64,000 bases of DNA from an uncultured Gemmatimonadales bacterium (GTDB taxonomy: Bacteria; Gemmatimonadota; Gemmatimonadetes; Longimicrobiales; Longimicrobiaceae), in assembly GCA_963716255.1 (NCBI GenBank), contig OY970303.1, positions 2,944,001-3,008,000 of the forward strand, read 5' to 3'. Of the stretch, positions 9,751 to 18,959 are shown piece by piece. The translations under genes were made by a program, and so were the position numbers. The notes under the pieces are model-generated. The model made no database searches, was not told where the DNA came from, and was given only the letters and a program-made list of their open reading frames with translations. Positions within the stretch are counted from its first letter, which is position 1, and every line of letters starts with the position of its first letter.

Positions 9751-10146
9751 GTGAGCATCACCCACATCGGCGCGGCGACCGTCTGGGTCAACGACATGGA
9801 CGCCGCCACCGACTACTACACGCGCGTCCTCGGGCTGGAGCTGGACAGGGTGATCGGCGAGGCGCCGCACCCGCGCATGGCCTGGCTGCGCTTCCCGGAC
9901 GGCCGCGCCATCGTCATCCTGTCCGAGGCGCGCGCCATGAAGATGGAGGCGCGCGTGGGCGGCTTCACCGGCCTGGTGCTGGACGTGGACGACGCCGAGC
10001 GCACCTGCCGCGAGCTGGAAGCGCGCGGCGCCGTCTTCGCCGCCCCGCTGAAGCAGGGCCCCGACGCCTGGCGCGCCATCGTCCGCGACCCCGACGGCAA
10101 CGACCTGCTCCTGTACCAGCCGCGCGACGAGGCGGACAGGCACTGA
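9751..10146 (+). CDS. VOC (glyoxalase/bleomycin-resistance) family protein
   Basis: VWVNDMDAATDYYTRVLGL...VRDPDGN. Confidence 0.9.
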   Translation: MSITHIGAATVWVNDMDAATDYYTRVLGLELDRVIGEAPHPRMAWLRFPDGRAIVILSEARAMKMEARVGGFTGLVLDVDDAERTCRELEARGAVFAAPLKQGPDAWRAIVRDPDGNDLLLYQPRDEADRH

Positions 10147-10156
10147 TATGGCTTTT

Positions 10157-10301
10157 AACTGCGGGTTTGGGCGTGTCCCCGGCTGGCGCCGGGGTCGGGC
10201 TTCGGCTCCGTAAAGCACGATACAACCGTGCTTAACGGAGTCGAGCCCCGGCGGAAACAGCCCCGCCGGGTCTCGCCCCTCCGGGCCGAAATCCCTCACG
10301 C
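10157..10301 (-). repeat. Structured dispersed repeat family A, copy 3
   Basis: Reverse complement of copy 1; inner stem aagcacg/cgtgctt. Confidence 0.95.
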
Positions 10302-10403
10302 AGCGGCCTGCCCGTGCGACGCACGGAGCACGCGACGGCGCCCGCCGCGGGAAAATGTCCCGAGGGCGGGCGCCGTTGCAGTTCGGGCCGTACCCGTATG
10401 ATC

Positions 10404-10539
10404 CTGTCCGGAGGGAGACTCGCCGGTTGTTTGGCGAGGCTCACTCAGGCGAAGGGAAACCCGCCGGCAGTTTGGCGGGGTTCCCGGAGCCCGCGCAGGA
10501 GACGGACGGCTGTATCGTCCGGCTCCGGAGCGGCCCGCC
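10404..10539. repeat. Structured dispersed repeat family C, copy 1
   Basis: [24 protein letters not shown]...gggaaacccgcc...ggcggggttcccggagcccgcgcaggagacggacgg...cgtccggctccggagcggccc; matches 15312-15448. Confidence 0.9.
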
Positions 10540-10552
10540 AGACCCGACGAAA

Positions 10553-11287
10553 TCACTCCAGCGAGAACGTGACCCTCACCACGGCGGTGATGTCCTTTTC
10601 CAGCGACGACGTGTCGTTGATGCCGTAGTCGCTCACCTCGGTGGAGTTGCGCGGGGTGATCTGGAACACGCCCATTCGCGCGCTGCGCACCGGCCCGATC
10701 CCGCTCCCGGCGCTCTCGGCGATGGCGGCGGCGCGCTCCCGGGCGTCGCGGGTGGCCTCGGCGAGCATCTGCGTGCGGATCTCCGGCAGCCGGGTGTACA
10801 GGTACTCGGGCGGCTGCGAGACCAGCGGAACCCCCTGGTTGATCAGCTCGTTGGCGCGCCGGGTGAGCGCGGTGACGCCCTCCACGTCCGGCGAGCGCAC
10901 CTCGTACGTCTGCGTGAGCCGGTACCCCGCCAGCTCGCCGGTCTCGGTGCCGTTCTCCAGCAGCCGGTTCATGCGCGCGGTCTCCAGCGGCTTCACCGTG
11001 ACCAGCGAGTCGGGGAGGCGCGAGGCGCGCAGGAAGGCGCCGACGCGGCCGGCGTCGGCGGTGACGGCGGCGTAGGCTTCCTGGAGGGTGGGCGCCTGGC
11101 TGGTGACGGACAGCCGCCACACGACGACGTCGGAGCGGATGGGGCGGCGGGCGGAGCCGGTGACCTCCAGCTGGTCGCCGGCTCGCTTGACGGCGCGCAG
11201 GGAGGAGGCGCCGAGCGCGGCGGCGACGACGACGGCGAGGGCGAGGGCGATCAGCCCCCAGAAGAGCTGGGGAAAGCGTCGGGGCAT
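10553..11287 (-). CDS. SIMPL (DUF541) domain-containing protein
   Basis: N-terminal TM; LEVTGSARR...MLAEATRDARERAAAIA...GVFQIT...DTSSLEKDITAVVRVTF. Confidence 0.88.
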   Translation of the reverse strand: MPRRFPQLFWGLIALALAVVVAAALGASSLRAVKRAGDQLEVTGSARRPIRSDVVVWRLSVTSQAPTLQEAYAAVTADAGRVGAFLRASRLPDSLVTVKPLETARMNRLLENGTETGELAGYRLTQTYEVRSPDVEGVTALTRRANELINQGVPLVSQPPEYLYTRLPEIRTQMLAEATRDARERAAAIAESAGSGIGPVRSARMGVFQITPRNSTEVSDYGINDTSSLEKDITAVVRVTFSLE

Positions 11288-11446
11288 GGACGTGCGGGGT
11301 GGGGGTGGGACCACGGGACGGGCTGAACCGGACCGAACTACTTGCACGGCAACCACTTGTACTATAAGGCGCGGCGGCGGGAACCGGACCTTCGCGGCGC
11401 CGCGCCGGGTAATGTCTACCGGCCACCCCTCACAACGTTCCCCTGG

Positions 11447-13669
11447 ATGCTCCGCTCCCGCTTCGCTCTCGTGCTCGCCGCCGCGCTCGGCCTGCTGGCC
11501 GGGTGCGCCCGGCCGCCGGAGCCGGCCCCGCCCGACGCGGGGCGGGAGCTGCGGCGCGGGCGCCTGTGGGCGGCGGCGCTGATCCGCGGGACGCGCGCCG
11601 TGGCCAGCCCGGACTCGGTGGCGCCGGAGGCGGCGCTGGCGCTGGGCTACCTGGAGCGGCTGCGGCTGGGGCTGGGGAGCCCCTTCCGCATGGCGGAGCA
11701 GGCGGCCGCGGACCCGCGCATGCCGGACACGCTGCGCGCCCGGGTGGCGTGGGCGCTGCTGGCGCGCACGCTGGACGGGCGCGGCTACGAGGTGGGCGCC
11801 GGCACGCTGGAGCCGCTGGGGATGCGGGCCGCCGGGCCGGTGCGGGGCGACGGCGGCTTTCACCTGGCGCTGGTGGCGCAGGCGGTGGACGAGGCGCGCG
11901 ACCCGCGGGCGGGGGAGCTGGGGGTGCGCATGGGGTACGCGGTGGCGGCGGCGGCGGGCGACGCGGGGCGGAGCGCCCCCGTGCTCGCGGCGCGGGCGGC
12001 GGCGCAGCTCCGCGACCGCAGGCTGGCGCGTGAGGACGCGCAAGCGCTGCTGCGCGCGGCGGACTCGGCGCGGGTGTCGCCGCTGGCGCTGCTGCCGGCG
12101 TGGCGCGCGGCGCGCCGCTTCGCGGTGGAGGCGCCGCTGGTGCTGCCGCCCGGGGCGGACCGGGAGCGCGAGGCCATGGGGACGGCGCTGGAGCTGGCGG
12201 AGCGCCTGCGCGAGGCGGCGGGGCGGCCGCCGGAGCGGAATCCCGTGCCGGAGGTGCGCCACCTGGGTCTGCTGGGGCCGGGGGCGGCGGCGCGCCTGGC
12301 GGCGGTCGCCATGGCGGGGATGCCGCCGCAGCCGCCGGTCGCGGTCACGGTGCGCGCCTTCCGCGACGTGCTGCTGGCCGGGGCGGAGGGCGCCGCGGCG
12401 GAGCCGCGGAGCCGCTTCCTGCGCCGGGCCACGGGCGAGGAGCGCTTCGTGGCGGAGCTGGCGCTGCTGCGGCGCGAGGCGGCGGGACCGGGGCCGGAGG
12501 GGGTGGCGCTGGCGGTGGGGGTGGCGCTGCGCTCGCTGGCGCAGGAGCCGGTGTGGTTCCCCGGCTACCCGGCGCCCACCGAGCGGGAGCTGCGGGTGGC
12601 CTTCGGGCTGCGCTCGGTGACCTTCGCGGACAGCGTCCCGCGGGCGTGGCACCCCTTCTACCTGCGCATGCTGGAGCTGTCGCTGCGCGACCTGGCGCGG
12701 GTGTTCCCCGCCTTCACGGTGGAGGGGCTGCGGGTGCGCTTCGGCGAGGTGGACCGCGAGGAGGCGCTGGCGACGCACGACCCCGGCCCCCGCCGGCTGA
12801 CGCTCCCCCCGGCCTCGGCGGCGGGGACGCTGGCGCACGAGCTGGCCCACGACCTGGACTGGCAGGCGGCGCGCGCCCGTTCGGGGGTGCGCGGGGCGTA
12901 CCGCACCGACCGGGCGGTGCGCTTCCGCGGCGACTACCTGGCCGCCTCGGTGCGCGCGCTGGTCGCGGGGCCGCTGGAGCGGCCCGGGCCGGGCGCCGGC
13001 GGGCGGCCGGACCCGGACCGCCGCCCCACGGAGGCGTTCGCCCGCAGCGTGGACTGGTTCGTGGCGGCGTCGCTGGCCCGGCGCGGCCTTTCCAGCGGCT
13101 ACCTGAGCGCGGTGCAGGACGCCTACATCACCGGGTACGCGGGGGCGGTGCCGCCGGACCCGGAGGGGCGCTCCGCGGCGGCGGTCGCCCGCATCCTGGC
13201 GGAGGTGGCGCCGGTCCCGGACGAGGAGCTGCGCTGGTTCGTGGAGCGGTTCGGGCCGGGGCGGCTCCCCCCGGTGGCGGAGGCGGTGCGCGACGTGCTG
13301 GCCAACCCGCGGGACGACAACGTCGCCCGGGCGCGCGACACGGCCGCGGCGTGCGCGCCGGGCGCGGTTCTGCGCCAGGACCCTCTCCGCGCCCGGGTGG
13401 TGGGGATGGCCGCGCGCGCCCGCGCCCGCGGCGAGGCGCTGGAGCAGGCGGAGCGCCTGGCGGGCCGCCCGGGACGCACCTGGATGGCGCGGCAGCTGGA
13501 CGGGATGCTCTGGTCGCCGGTGCCGGTGGACTCGGCGACGGCGGCGATGCTCGACCCGCTGCTGCGCGGCGCGGAGGAGGCCGGCGCGCTCCCGGGCCTC
13601 CCGGACCCGGGCGGGAGCCCGTTCGCCGTGGCGGCGGACCCCGGCTGCCAGGCTACCGCCGCGGCGTAG
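11447..13669 (+). CDS. Large lipoprotein with HExxH zinc-metallopeptidase-like motif
   Basis: LLAGC lipobox; GTLAHELAHDLD followed by RPTEAFAR. Confidence 0.65.
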   Translation: MLRSRFALVLAAALGLLAGCARPPEPAPPDAGRELRRGRLWAAALIRGTRAVASPDSVAPEAALALGYLERLRLGLGSPFRMAEQAAADPRMPDTLRARVAWALLARTLDGRGYEVGAGTLEPLGMRAAGPVRGDGGFHLALVAQAVDEARDPRAGELGVRMGYAVAAAAGDAGRSAPVLAARAAAQLRDRRLAREDAQALLRAADSARVSPLALLPAWRAARRFAVEAPLVLPPGADREREAMGTALELAERLREAAGRPPERNPVPEVRHLGLLGPGAAARLAAVAMAGMPPQPPVAVTVRAFRDVLLAGAEGAAAEPRSRFLRRATGEERFVAELALLRREAAGPGPEGVALAVGVALRSLAQEPVWFPGYPAPTERELRVAFGLRSVTFADSVPRAWHPFYLRMLELSLRDLARVFPAFTVEGLRVRFGEVDREEALATHDPGPRRLTLPPASAAGTLAHELAHDLDWQAARARSGVRGAYRTDRAVRFRGDYLAASVRALVAGPLERPGPGAGGRPDPDRRPTEAFARSVDWFVAASLARRGLSSGYLSAVQDAYITGYAGAVPPDPEGRSAAAVARILAEVAPVPDEELRWFVERFGPGRLPPVAEAVRDVLANPRDDNVARARDTAAACAPGAVLRQDPLRARVVGMAARARARGEALEQAERLAGRPGRTWMARQLDGMLWSPVPVDSATAAMLDPLLRGAEEAGALPGLPDPGGSPFAVAADPGCQATAAA

Positions 13670-13688
13670 GCGGGAGCAGTCGAGCCGA

Positions 13689-13734
13689 AAGCGAAGCGCC
13701 CCCGCCGGGAGGTCCCGGCGGGGGCGCTTCGCTT
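13689..13734. terminator. Bidirectional hairpin terminator between convergent genes
   Basis: aagcgaagcgcccccgccggga-gg-tcccggcgggggcgcttcgctt inverted repeat. Confidence 0.75.
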
Positions 13735-13754
13735 CGTCGTGGGGCCGGGGCGGG

Positions 13755-15134
13755 CTACTTGAGCCCGGAGGGGAGGCGCGGCGAGGAGAGCAGCTCGCCG
13801 AACACGTCCCAGCGGCGGGCGGGGTCCGCGCCGGCGTGCCCTTCCACGTACCGGCGCACCAGGTCCTTGCCCAGGTTGTAGTTGATGACGTAGCTGCGGT
13901 ACTTGTCGAAGAACCTCACCCGCTGCTGCGCGCGGGCGGGCTCCATCAGCGCGTAGCGGGTCAGCCAGTCGGCGGCGGCAGCGGCGTCGATCTCGCCGTC
14001 CAGGTAGCGGCGCGCGGCCTCGTTGCCGGCGTAGGCCAGCCGGTCGGCGAGCCCCTGCACGCGGTAGTACTCCGCGGCGCGGGCGGGGTCCAGCCCGGCG
14101 AGCGGGAAAAGGCGCTCCCGCTCGAAGGCGACGCGCTCGCCGCCGGGAAAGGCCATGGCGATGCCGTAGTTGGCGCTTCCCTCGGCGATCAGCGACTGGG
14201 GGCTGAAGAGCGGGTACACGGAAAACTCCACCCAGCCGCGGTCGCGCACCAGGTTCTTTTCCAGCAGCGCGTTGTAGACGTGGTGCCCGGGGTATCCCTC
14301 GTGGCAGGCCAGGTCCACGGCGCGGTCGATGAAGATGGGAAGGTCGGTGTTGACCTGGATGACGCTGCGGAAGCCACCCTTGTACCAGTTGTAGCCGCTC
14401 CACGGCTTGTCGGTGACGTACTCCACGGTGAAGCTCTCGCCGGGGGGGAGCTCCAGGTGGCGCACGGTGCGCTCGCGGCACGCGGCGATGGCGGCCTTGA
14501 AGACGGTGTCCAGCCGCTCGCGGGGGATGACGAAGCGGCTGCGCCACGCTTCGTAGCGCGCGGGCACCGGCCCGGTGCCGGGGAGCGCGCTGTCCAGCTG
14601 CGCCAGCAGCCCGCGGTAGTACGCCTCGGTCTCGTGCGGCGCCGCGGCGTCGTACAGCACGTCCGACTCCTCGTCGAAGCGGAAGCGCTTTCCCCCCAGC
14701 ATGTCCACGCGCCCCTCCATGGCACGCAGCTGCCGGTCCAGGTACTCGCGCCGCAGCCGCTGCATGGGCTCCAGCCCCGCCGCGGGGACCGCCGCCACCC
14801 GCGCCCGCAGCGCCGCCGCCTCCGCGCGGATCGCCGGGAGCGGCACGCGCGCGGAATCCGCCGGGCGCCACTCGGGCGGCCCGTAGTACGCGTCCACGTA
14901 ATCGGGGTCGTGCGCCCCCAGCGCGAGCGCCAGCCTGACGTACGACTCCGCCACTGCGTCCATGGGCGTGCGGCCGGTGGAGGTGGAGGTGGAGGTGGAG
15001 GTGGATGCGGCCGCCGGAGCGGACGCCGCGCCGGAAGCGGCCGGCGCGGCGGCGCAGCCGGGCGCGGCCGCCAGGCCGCACGCCGCGGCGATGCCTGCGA
15101 GCGCGCGGCGCGCGCGAACGGTGGTCAGGAGCAT
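13755..15134 (-). CDS. DUF885-like putative zinc-dependent lipoprotein
   Basis: LACHEGYPGHH motif, downstream AEGSANY and YVINYNLG; signal peptide with Cys and a Ser/Thr linker. Confidence 0.7.
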   Translation of the reverse strand: MLLTTVRARRALAGIAAACGLAAAPGCAAAPAASGAASAPAAASTSTSTSTSTGRTPMDAVAESYVRLALALGAHDPDYVDAYYGPPEWRPADSARVPLPAIRAEAAALRARVAAVPAAGLEPMQRLRREYLDRQLRAMEGRVDMLGGKRFRFDEESDVLYDAAAPHETEAYYRGLLAQLDSALPGTGPVPARYEAWRSRFVIPRERLDTVFKAAIAACRERTVRHLELPPGESFTVEYVTDKPWSGYNWYKGGFRSVIQVNTDLPIFIDRAVDLACHEGYPGHHVYNALLEKNLVRDRGWVEFSVYPLFSPQSLIAEGSANYGIAMAFPGGERVAFERERLFPLAGLDPARAAEYYRVQGLADRLAYAGNEAARRYLDGEIDAAAAADWLTRYALMEPARAQQRVRFFDKYRSYVINYNLGKDLVRRYVEGHAGADPARRWDVFGELLSSPRLPSGLK

Positions 15135-15245
15135 GCAGGACGCGGAGGTTGGGGAGAAAGTGCGCAGCGGGAGACCTTTCGGGGAAGATGGGCGCACGCC
15201 GGCGGCGGCGCCAGACGGCCCGGCCCCCGCCCGGCGGCCCGAGAG

Positions 15246-15280
15246 CCGCCACCCTCCCCGATTCCGGGGGAGGGCTTTCC
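15246..15280 (-). repeat. Partial copy of palindromic repeat family B
   Basis: Reverse complement reads ggaaagccctcccccggaatcggggagggtggcgg, matching the second hairpin of 19640-19770. Confidence 0.7.
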
Positions 15281-15311
15281 GTCCGGCAGTTCCCGCAGTA
15301 CCCCCCACAAT

Positions 15312-15448
15312 CTGTTCGGAGGGAGACAGCCGGGCCGTTTCGGCTGGCTCACTCCGGCGGAGGGAAACCCGCCGGCCGTTTGGCGGGGTTCCCGGAGCCC
15401 GCGCAGGAGACGGACGGCAGTATCGTCCGGCTCCGGAGCGGCCCCGCC
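15312..15448. repeat. Structured dispersed repeat family C, copy 2
   Basis: Near-identical to 10404-10539 with a compensated first stem (cagccg/cggctg vs ctcgcc/ggcgag). Confidence 0.9.
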
Positions 15449-15467
15449 GACGCCAGCCCGCAAAACG

Positions 15468-15941
15468 CTAGCTGTGACTGAGCGAATACACGTACGCCGC
15501 CACCGCCCGCACCTGCGCGTCGTCGATCGCGGACCCGCCCTTGGGAGGCATGGGCGCCGGGTGCTCCTTGGGCTGCGGCACGCCGGTGTTCACCAGCCCC
15601 ACGATGGCGTCGTAGCTGCCGTCGATGTTCAGCCACGTTCCGTCGGTGAGGTTGGGTGCCAGCGCGGTGCCCTTCGCGTCGGGCCCGTGGCACGTCTGGC
15701 AGATCCCCTGGCCGGTGAAGATCTGCTTCCCCTCGCTCACCATCTGCGGGGTGACGCCCGGCGGGAGGTTGGCGGCCACGGCGGGGGTCTCGCCGGCCGG
15801 CGGCGTGGCCGCCGGGGCGGACGCGGCGCCGCCGGAGGGCGGGTCGCCCGACCCGGCCTGCGGGTCGTCGCCGCCCCCGCAGGCGGCGGTGAGCGCGAGC
15901 GCCGCGAGGCCGAGCGCGGCGGGGATGAGCTTGCGGTGCAT
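15468..15941 (-). CDS. Monoheme c-type cytochrome lipoprotein
   Basis: LTAAC lipobox; CQTCH heme motif, APNLTD and a distal Met (PMPPKG). Confidence 0.9.
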   Translation of the reverse strand: MHRKLIPAALGLAALALTAACGGGDDPQAGSGDPPSGGAASAPAATPPAGETPAVAANLPPGVTPQMVSEGKQIFTGQGICQTCHGPDAKGTALAPNLTDGTWLNIDGSYDAIVGLVNTGVPQPKEHPAPMPPKGGSAIDDAQVRAVAAYVYSLSHS

Positions 15942-16099
15942 GGGCGGCTCCGGTGCAGGGTTGCATGGACGCTGCGTGGCGCCGCAGCGGGCCGCGAGGA
16001 GCGTGCCAGTGCGCGGCCGGGCGGATCCCGCGGCCGCCGCACGGTTCGTGCAGCAGGCCGCCGGCTCGCGACACCCCCGACCCGTGCAGATGGACGACC

Positions 16100-16999
16100 A
16101 TGCCGACACCGAGCTCCGCGACCCCCGACGCCCGCCGCGCGGGCACTTTCGCCCTGGGCGGCAACCTCCCCGTGCACCGCCTGGGCTTCGGCGCCATGCG
16201 CATCACCGGAAAGGGCGTCTGGGGCCCCCCGGCGGACCGCGACGAGGCCATCCGCGTGCTGCGCCGCGCCGTGCAGCTGGGGACCGACCTGATCGACACG
16301 GCCGATTCGTACGGCCCCAACGTGAGCGAGGAGCTGATCGCGGAGGCGCTGCACCCGTACCCGCGCGGGCTGGTGATCGCCACCAAGGCGGGGTTCGAGC
16401 GCTCGGGCCCGGACCAGTGGGAGATGAACGGCCACCCCCGGTACCTGCGCCGGCAGTGCGAGGCCAGCCTGAAGCGCCTGCGCCTGGACCACATCGACCT
16501 GTACCAGCTGCACCGCATCGACCCCAAGATCCCCGCGGAGGACCAGGTCGGGACCTTTTCCGACCTGCGCGACGAGGGCAAGGTGCGCCACGTGGGCCTC
16601 TCGGAGGTGACCGTGGAGGAGATCGAGCACGCGCGCCGGATCGTGCCCATCGTCTCGGTGCAGAACCGCTACAACCTCGCGGACCGCGCCTGGGAGGCCA
16701 CGCTGGACTACTGCGAGCGCGAGGGGATCGCCTTCATCCCCTGGTACCCGCTGGCGGCGGGCCCGCTGGCGGAGGAGGGGGGCCCGGCGGCGCGCATCGC
16801 GGAGAAGCTGGGCGCGACCCCGGGACAGGTGGCGCTCGCCTGGCTGCTGCGCCGCTCGCCGGTGATGCTCCCCATCCCCGGCACCAGCAGGGTGAAGCAC
16901 CTGGAGGAGAACGTCGCGGGCACGGCGGTGGAGCTCGACGACGAGGACTTCGAGGAGCTGAACCGGGCCAGCACGCCCGAGTCGGAGGACGAGGAATAA
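16100..16999 (+). CDS. Aldo/keto reductase
   Basis: [54 protein letters not shown]...HLEEN. Confidence 0.95.
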   Translation: MPTPSSATPDARRAGTFALGGNLPVHRLGFGAMRITGKGVWGPPADRDEAIRVLRRAVQLGTDLIDTADSYGPNVSEELIAEALHPYPRGLVIATKAGFERSGPDQWEMNGHPRYLRRQCEASLKRLRLDHIDLYQLHRIDPKIPAEDQVGTFSDLRDEGKVRHVGLSEVTVEEIEHARRIVPIVSVQNRYNLADRAWEATLDYCEREGIAFIPWYPLAAGPLAEEGGPAARIAEKLGATPGQVALAWLLRRSPVMLPIPGTSRVKHLEENVAGTAVELDDEDFEELNRASTPESEDEE

Positions 17000-17020
17000 G
17001 AGTCTCGCGACGGCGGTGCG

Positions 17021-17059
17021 AGGCCCTTCCCGGCACGGCGCCGGGAAGGGCCTTTCTTC
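17021..17059 (+). terminator. Rho-independent terminator after the AKR gene
   Basis: aggcccttcccggc-acggc-gccgggaagggcct followed by ttcttcgtt. Confidence 0.8.
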
Positions 17060-17147
17060 GTTCGCCCCCCGCGGGAACCGTCCTCAGCGGGGGACCGAGA
17101 GATCGCGGCGACACCGACCGGCGACCCGGCGAGACGAGCGGTCGGCC

Positions 17148-17190
17148 TTCGTTTTGGCCCTTGACACACGCATAATTCCCGTGTAGATAT
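17148..17190 (+). promoter_or_regulatory. Putative sigma70 promoter for the 17422-19460 unit
   Basis: AT-rich island with perfect TTGACA (17161) 17 bp before TAGATA; alternatively TTCGTT-17bp-CATAAT. Confidence 0.5.
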
Positions 17191-17421
17191 ACCAAACAAA
17201 GACCGAACACCGGCCCGCATCGTCCCGGACGGAAGGGGCGGGTCGAGGAGGAAAGCCGCGTGCTCCGCCGGAGGGACCCGGCCGGCACGAACAACTCAGC
17301 AGCGCGACCTCCCGGGCATTTCCGGGCCGCCGGCCGGTCATCCGACCGGCCGGGCACGGCGACGGTCCCCGGGCTCTCTCCCGGGGACCCGTTCTCCACC
17401 GGATCTACACGGGAGGCAGCA

Positions 17422-18414
17422 ATGGTACGCGTAACGATCGACATCTTCTCCGGGCGCCCGAATCCCTCGTTCCTCCTGGACGAGAAGGAAGCGCGCGAGA
17501 TCCTGCGCCAGCTCGGCTCGACGCCCGAGGCGGTCACGCACGAGGACGTGGCCGCGGGGGTCCTGGGCTACCGCGGGATGATCCTGGAGCTGGAGGAGGA
17601 GCACGCCGGGAAGCTCGCGCTGCCGCGCCGGCTGCGCGTGGGCGGCGGGGTCTCCAAGGACGAGGGGCGCGGGCTGGAGCTGGCGCAGCGCCTGCTGGAG
17701 AAGGCCGGCAAGCTCACCCCGGCGGCCGAGGGGGACTTCGGCAAGCTGGGGGTGTACGACGAGGGCGCGCTGAAGAAGCTGGTGGGGGAGGAGCTGCTGC
17801 TGGTGGAGTCGCGCAACGCGGCCGTGCGGGCCGCGGCGACGGCGGCCGACCCGAACGCCCCCATCGCGGTTCTCCCCGACGACGAGGAGGGCTCGGTGTC
17901 CATCCAGGCCGCGGCTCCGGTCCTGGGGCGTGACGCCACCACCTGGGGCGCGTACACCGTGGGCTCGTGCAGCATCGAGGCTTCGGCGTTCAACCCGGGC
18001 TTCTGGAACACGTCGGGCACCGTCCGGCTGAACAACAACTGCTACAACTACGCCAACAACAAGCGCACGGACACCTTCGCCCAGCCGGGGCGGGCCACCG
18101 GCGCGCAGACCGGCACGATGCAGTGCGCCAACGTGGGGACCGCCGCCGTGAGCGACGGGCTGAAGGCGTACCCCACCTGCGCCACCACCGGGGTGCCGCG
18201 CTACTACGTGGCGCTGGTGATCGCTCCCGGGGTCGACTACCACTGGTACCGCTACCAGAGCAACGGCTACTACGGGCACAAGCCGGGGCAGACCAATGCC
18301 ATCAACACGGACAACAGCGGGGTGGTGATCACCAACCCGCAGACCGCCAACCGCGGAATCTACACCAACTTCTGCGGCTACTACACCGCCCCCACCAACG
18401 CGCAGATCGCATGA
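17422..18414 (+). CDS. Two-domain protein: N-terminal SGRPNP/LGYRG domain plus C-terminal putative papain-like Cys peptidase/transglutaminase-like domain
   Basis: GGGAGG SD; NNCYNYA (Cys), AQPG, DYHWYR (His), GHKPG, DNSG..I.NP, FCGY; no Sec signal peptide visible. Confidence 0.75.
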   Translation: MVRVTIDIFSGRPNPSFLLDEKEAREILRQLGSTPEAVTHEDVAAGVLGYRGMILELEEEHAGKLALPRRLRVGGGVSKDEGRGLELAQRLLEKAGKLTPAAEGDFGKLGVYDEGALKKLVGEELLLVESRNAAVRAAATAADPNAPIAVLPDDEEGSVSIQAAAPVLGRDATTWGAYTVGSCSIEASAFNPGFWNTSGTVRLNNNCYNYANNKRTDTFAQPGRATGAQTGTMQCANVGTAAVSDGLKAYPTCATTGVPRYYVALVIAPGVDYHWYRYQSNGYYGHKPGQTNAINTDNSGVVITNPQTANRGIYTNFCGYYTAPTNAQIA

Positions 18415-18857
18415 CCCACCGCGCACGCCGGGCCGGGACCTCCGTCCTGGCGTGCGCACTCCTGGCGGGGGGCGGCTCCGGCTGCTCCCCGCCCAGCACG
18501 AGGGGAGGGACCCGGATGCAAGTGGAAGCGGACGTCTACAGCGGGCGGCCGAACCCGCGCTGGGCGCTGGACGCGGCGCTCGGGGCGGAGGCCGCCCGGC
18601 GGCTGGGGGAGCTCCCGGCCGCGCGGCCCGAGCCGCCCTTCGAGGGGCTGGGCTACCGCGGGCTCGTGGTCACCGGCCTGGAGGGGGAGTGCCCGGAGGT
18701 GCGGGTGCACGGGGGCCGGGTGCGGGCGGAGTGCGGGGGCGAGACCCGCGCCTGGACCGACCCCGGGCAGGAGCTGGAGCGGTGGCTGCTGGCCACCGGC
18801 GAGGGCCGGGTGGAGCCGGCGACGATGGAGCTGCTGCGGAGTCAGGCCGGCGGGTGA
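18411..18857 (+). CDS. Exported stand-alone SGRPNP/LGYRG-domain protein 1
   Basis: ATGA overlap with the upstream stop; signal-like N-terminus; DVYSGRPNPRW...LGYRGLVV...LERWL; alternative start at 18516. Confidence 0.75.
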   Translation: MTHRARRAGTSVLACALLAGGGSGCSPPSTRGGTRMQVEADVYSGRPNPRWALDAALGAEAARRLGELPAARPEPPFEGLGYRGLVVTGLEGECPEVRVHGGRVRAECGGETRAWTDPGQELERWLLATGEGRVEPATMELLRSQAGG

Positions 18858-18959
18858 GGCCGGTCCTCCGGTGACCGCCGCGCGGGCGGGTCGTCCATTG
18901 ACGGGGGATGCGGCGCGCCCCATCTTCCCCGAAGAAAACGCGAACACCGGAGGCGGCGC

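Noticed and set aside
11342..11368. TTGCAC...TATAAG promoter-like island between divergent genes
   Set aside because: Spacing is 15 bp, so boxes and direction cannot be assigned confidently.
14977..15006. (gtggag)n tandem repeat as a phase-variable tract
   Set aside because: The 6-bp unit is in frame and encodes a Ser/Thr linker, so slippage would not shift the frame.
1..17000. Left-arm genes (GNATs, VOC, YdeI, AKR) as NRPS tailoring or resistance genes
   Set aside because: Generic families in mixed orientations, separated from the NRPS by terminators; nothing in the sequence links them to it.
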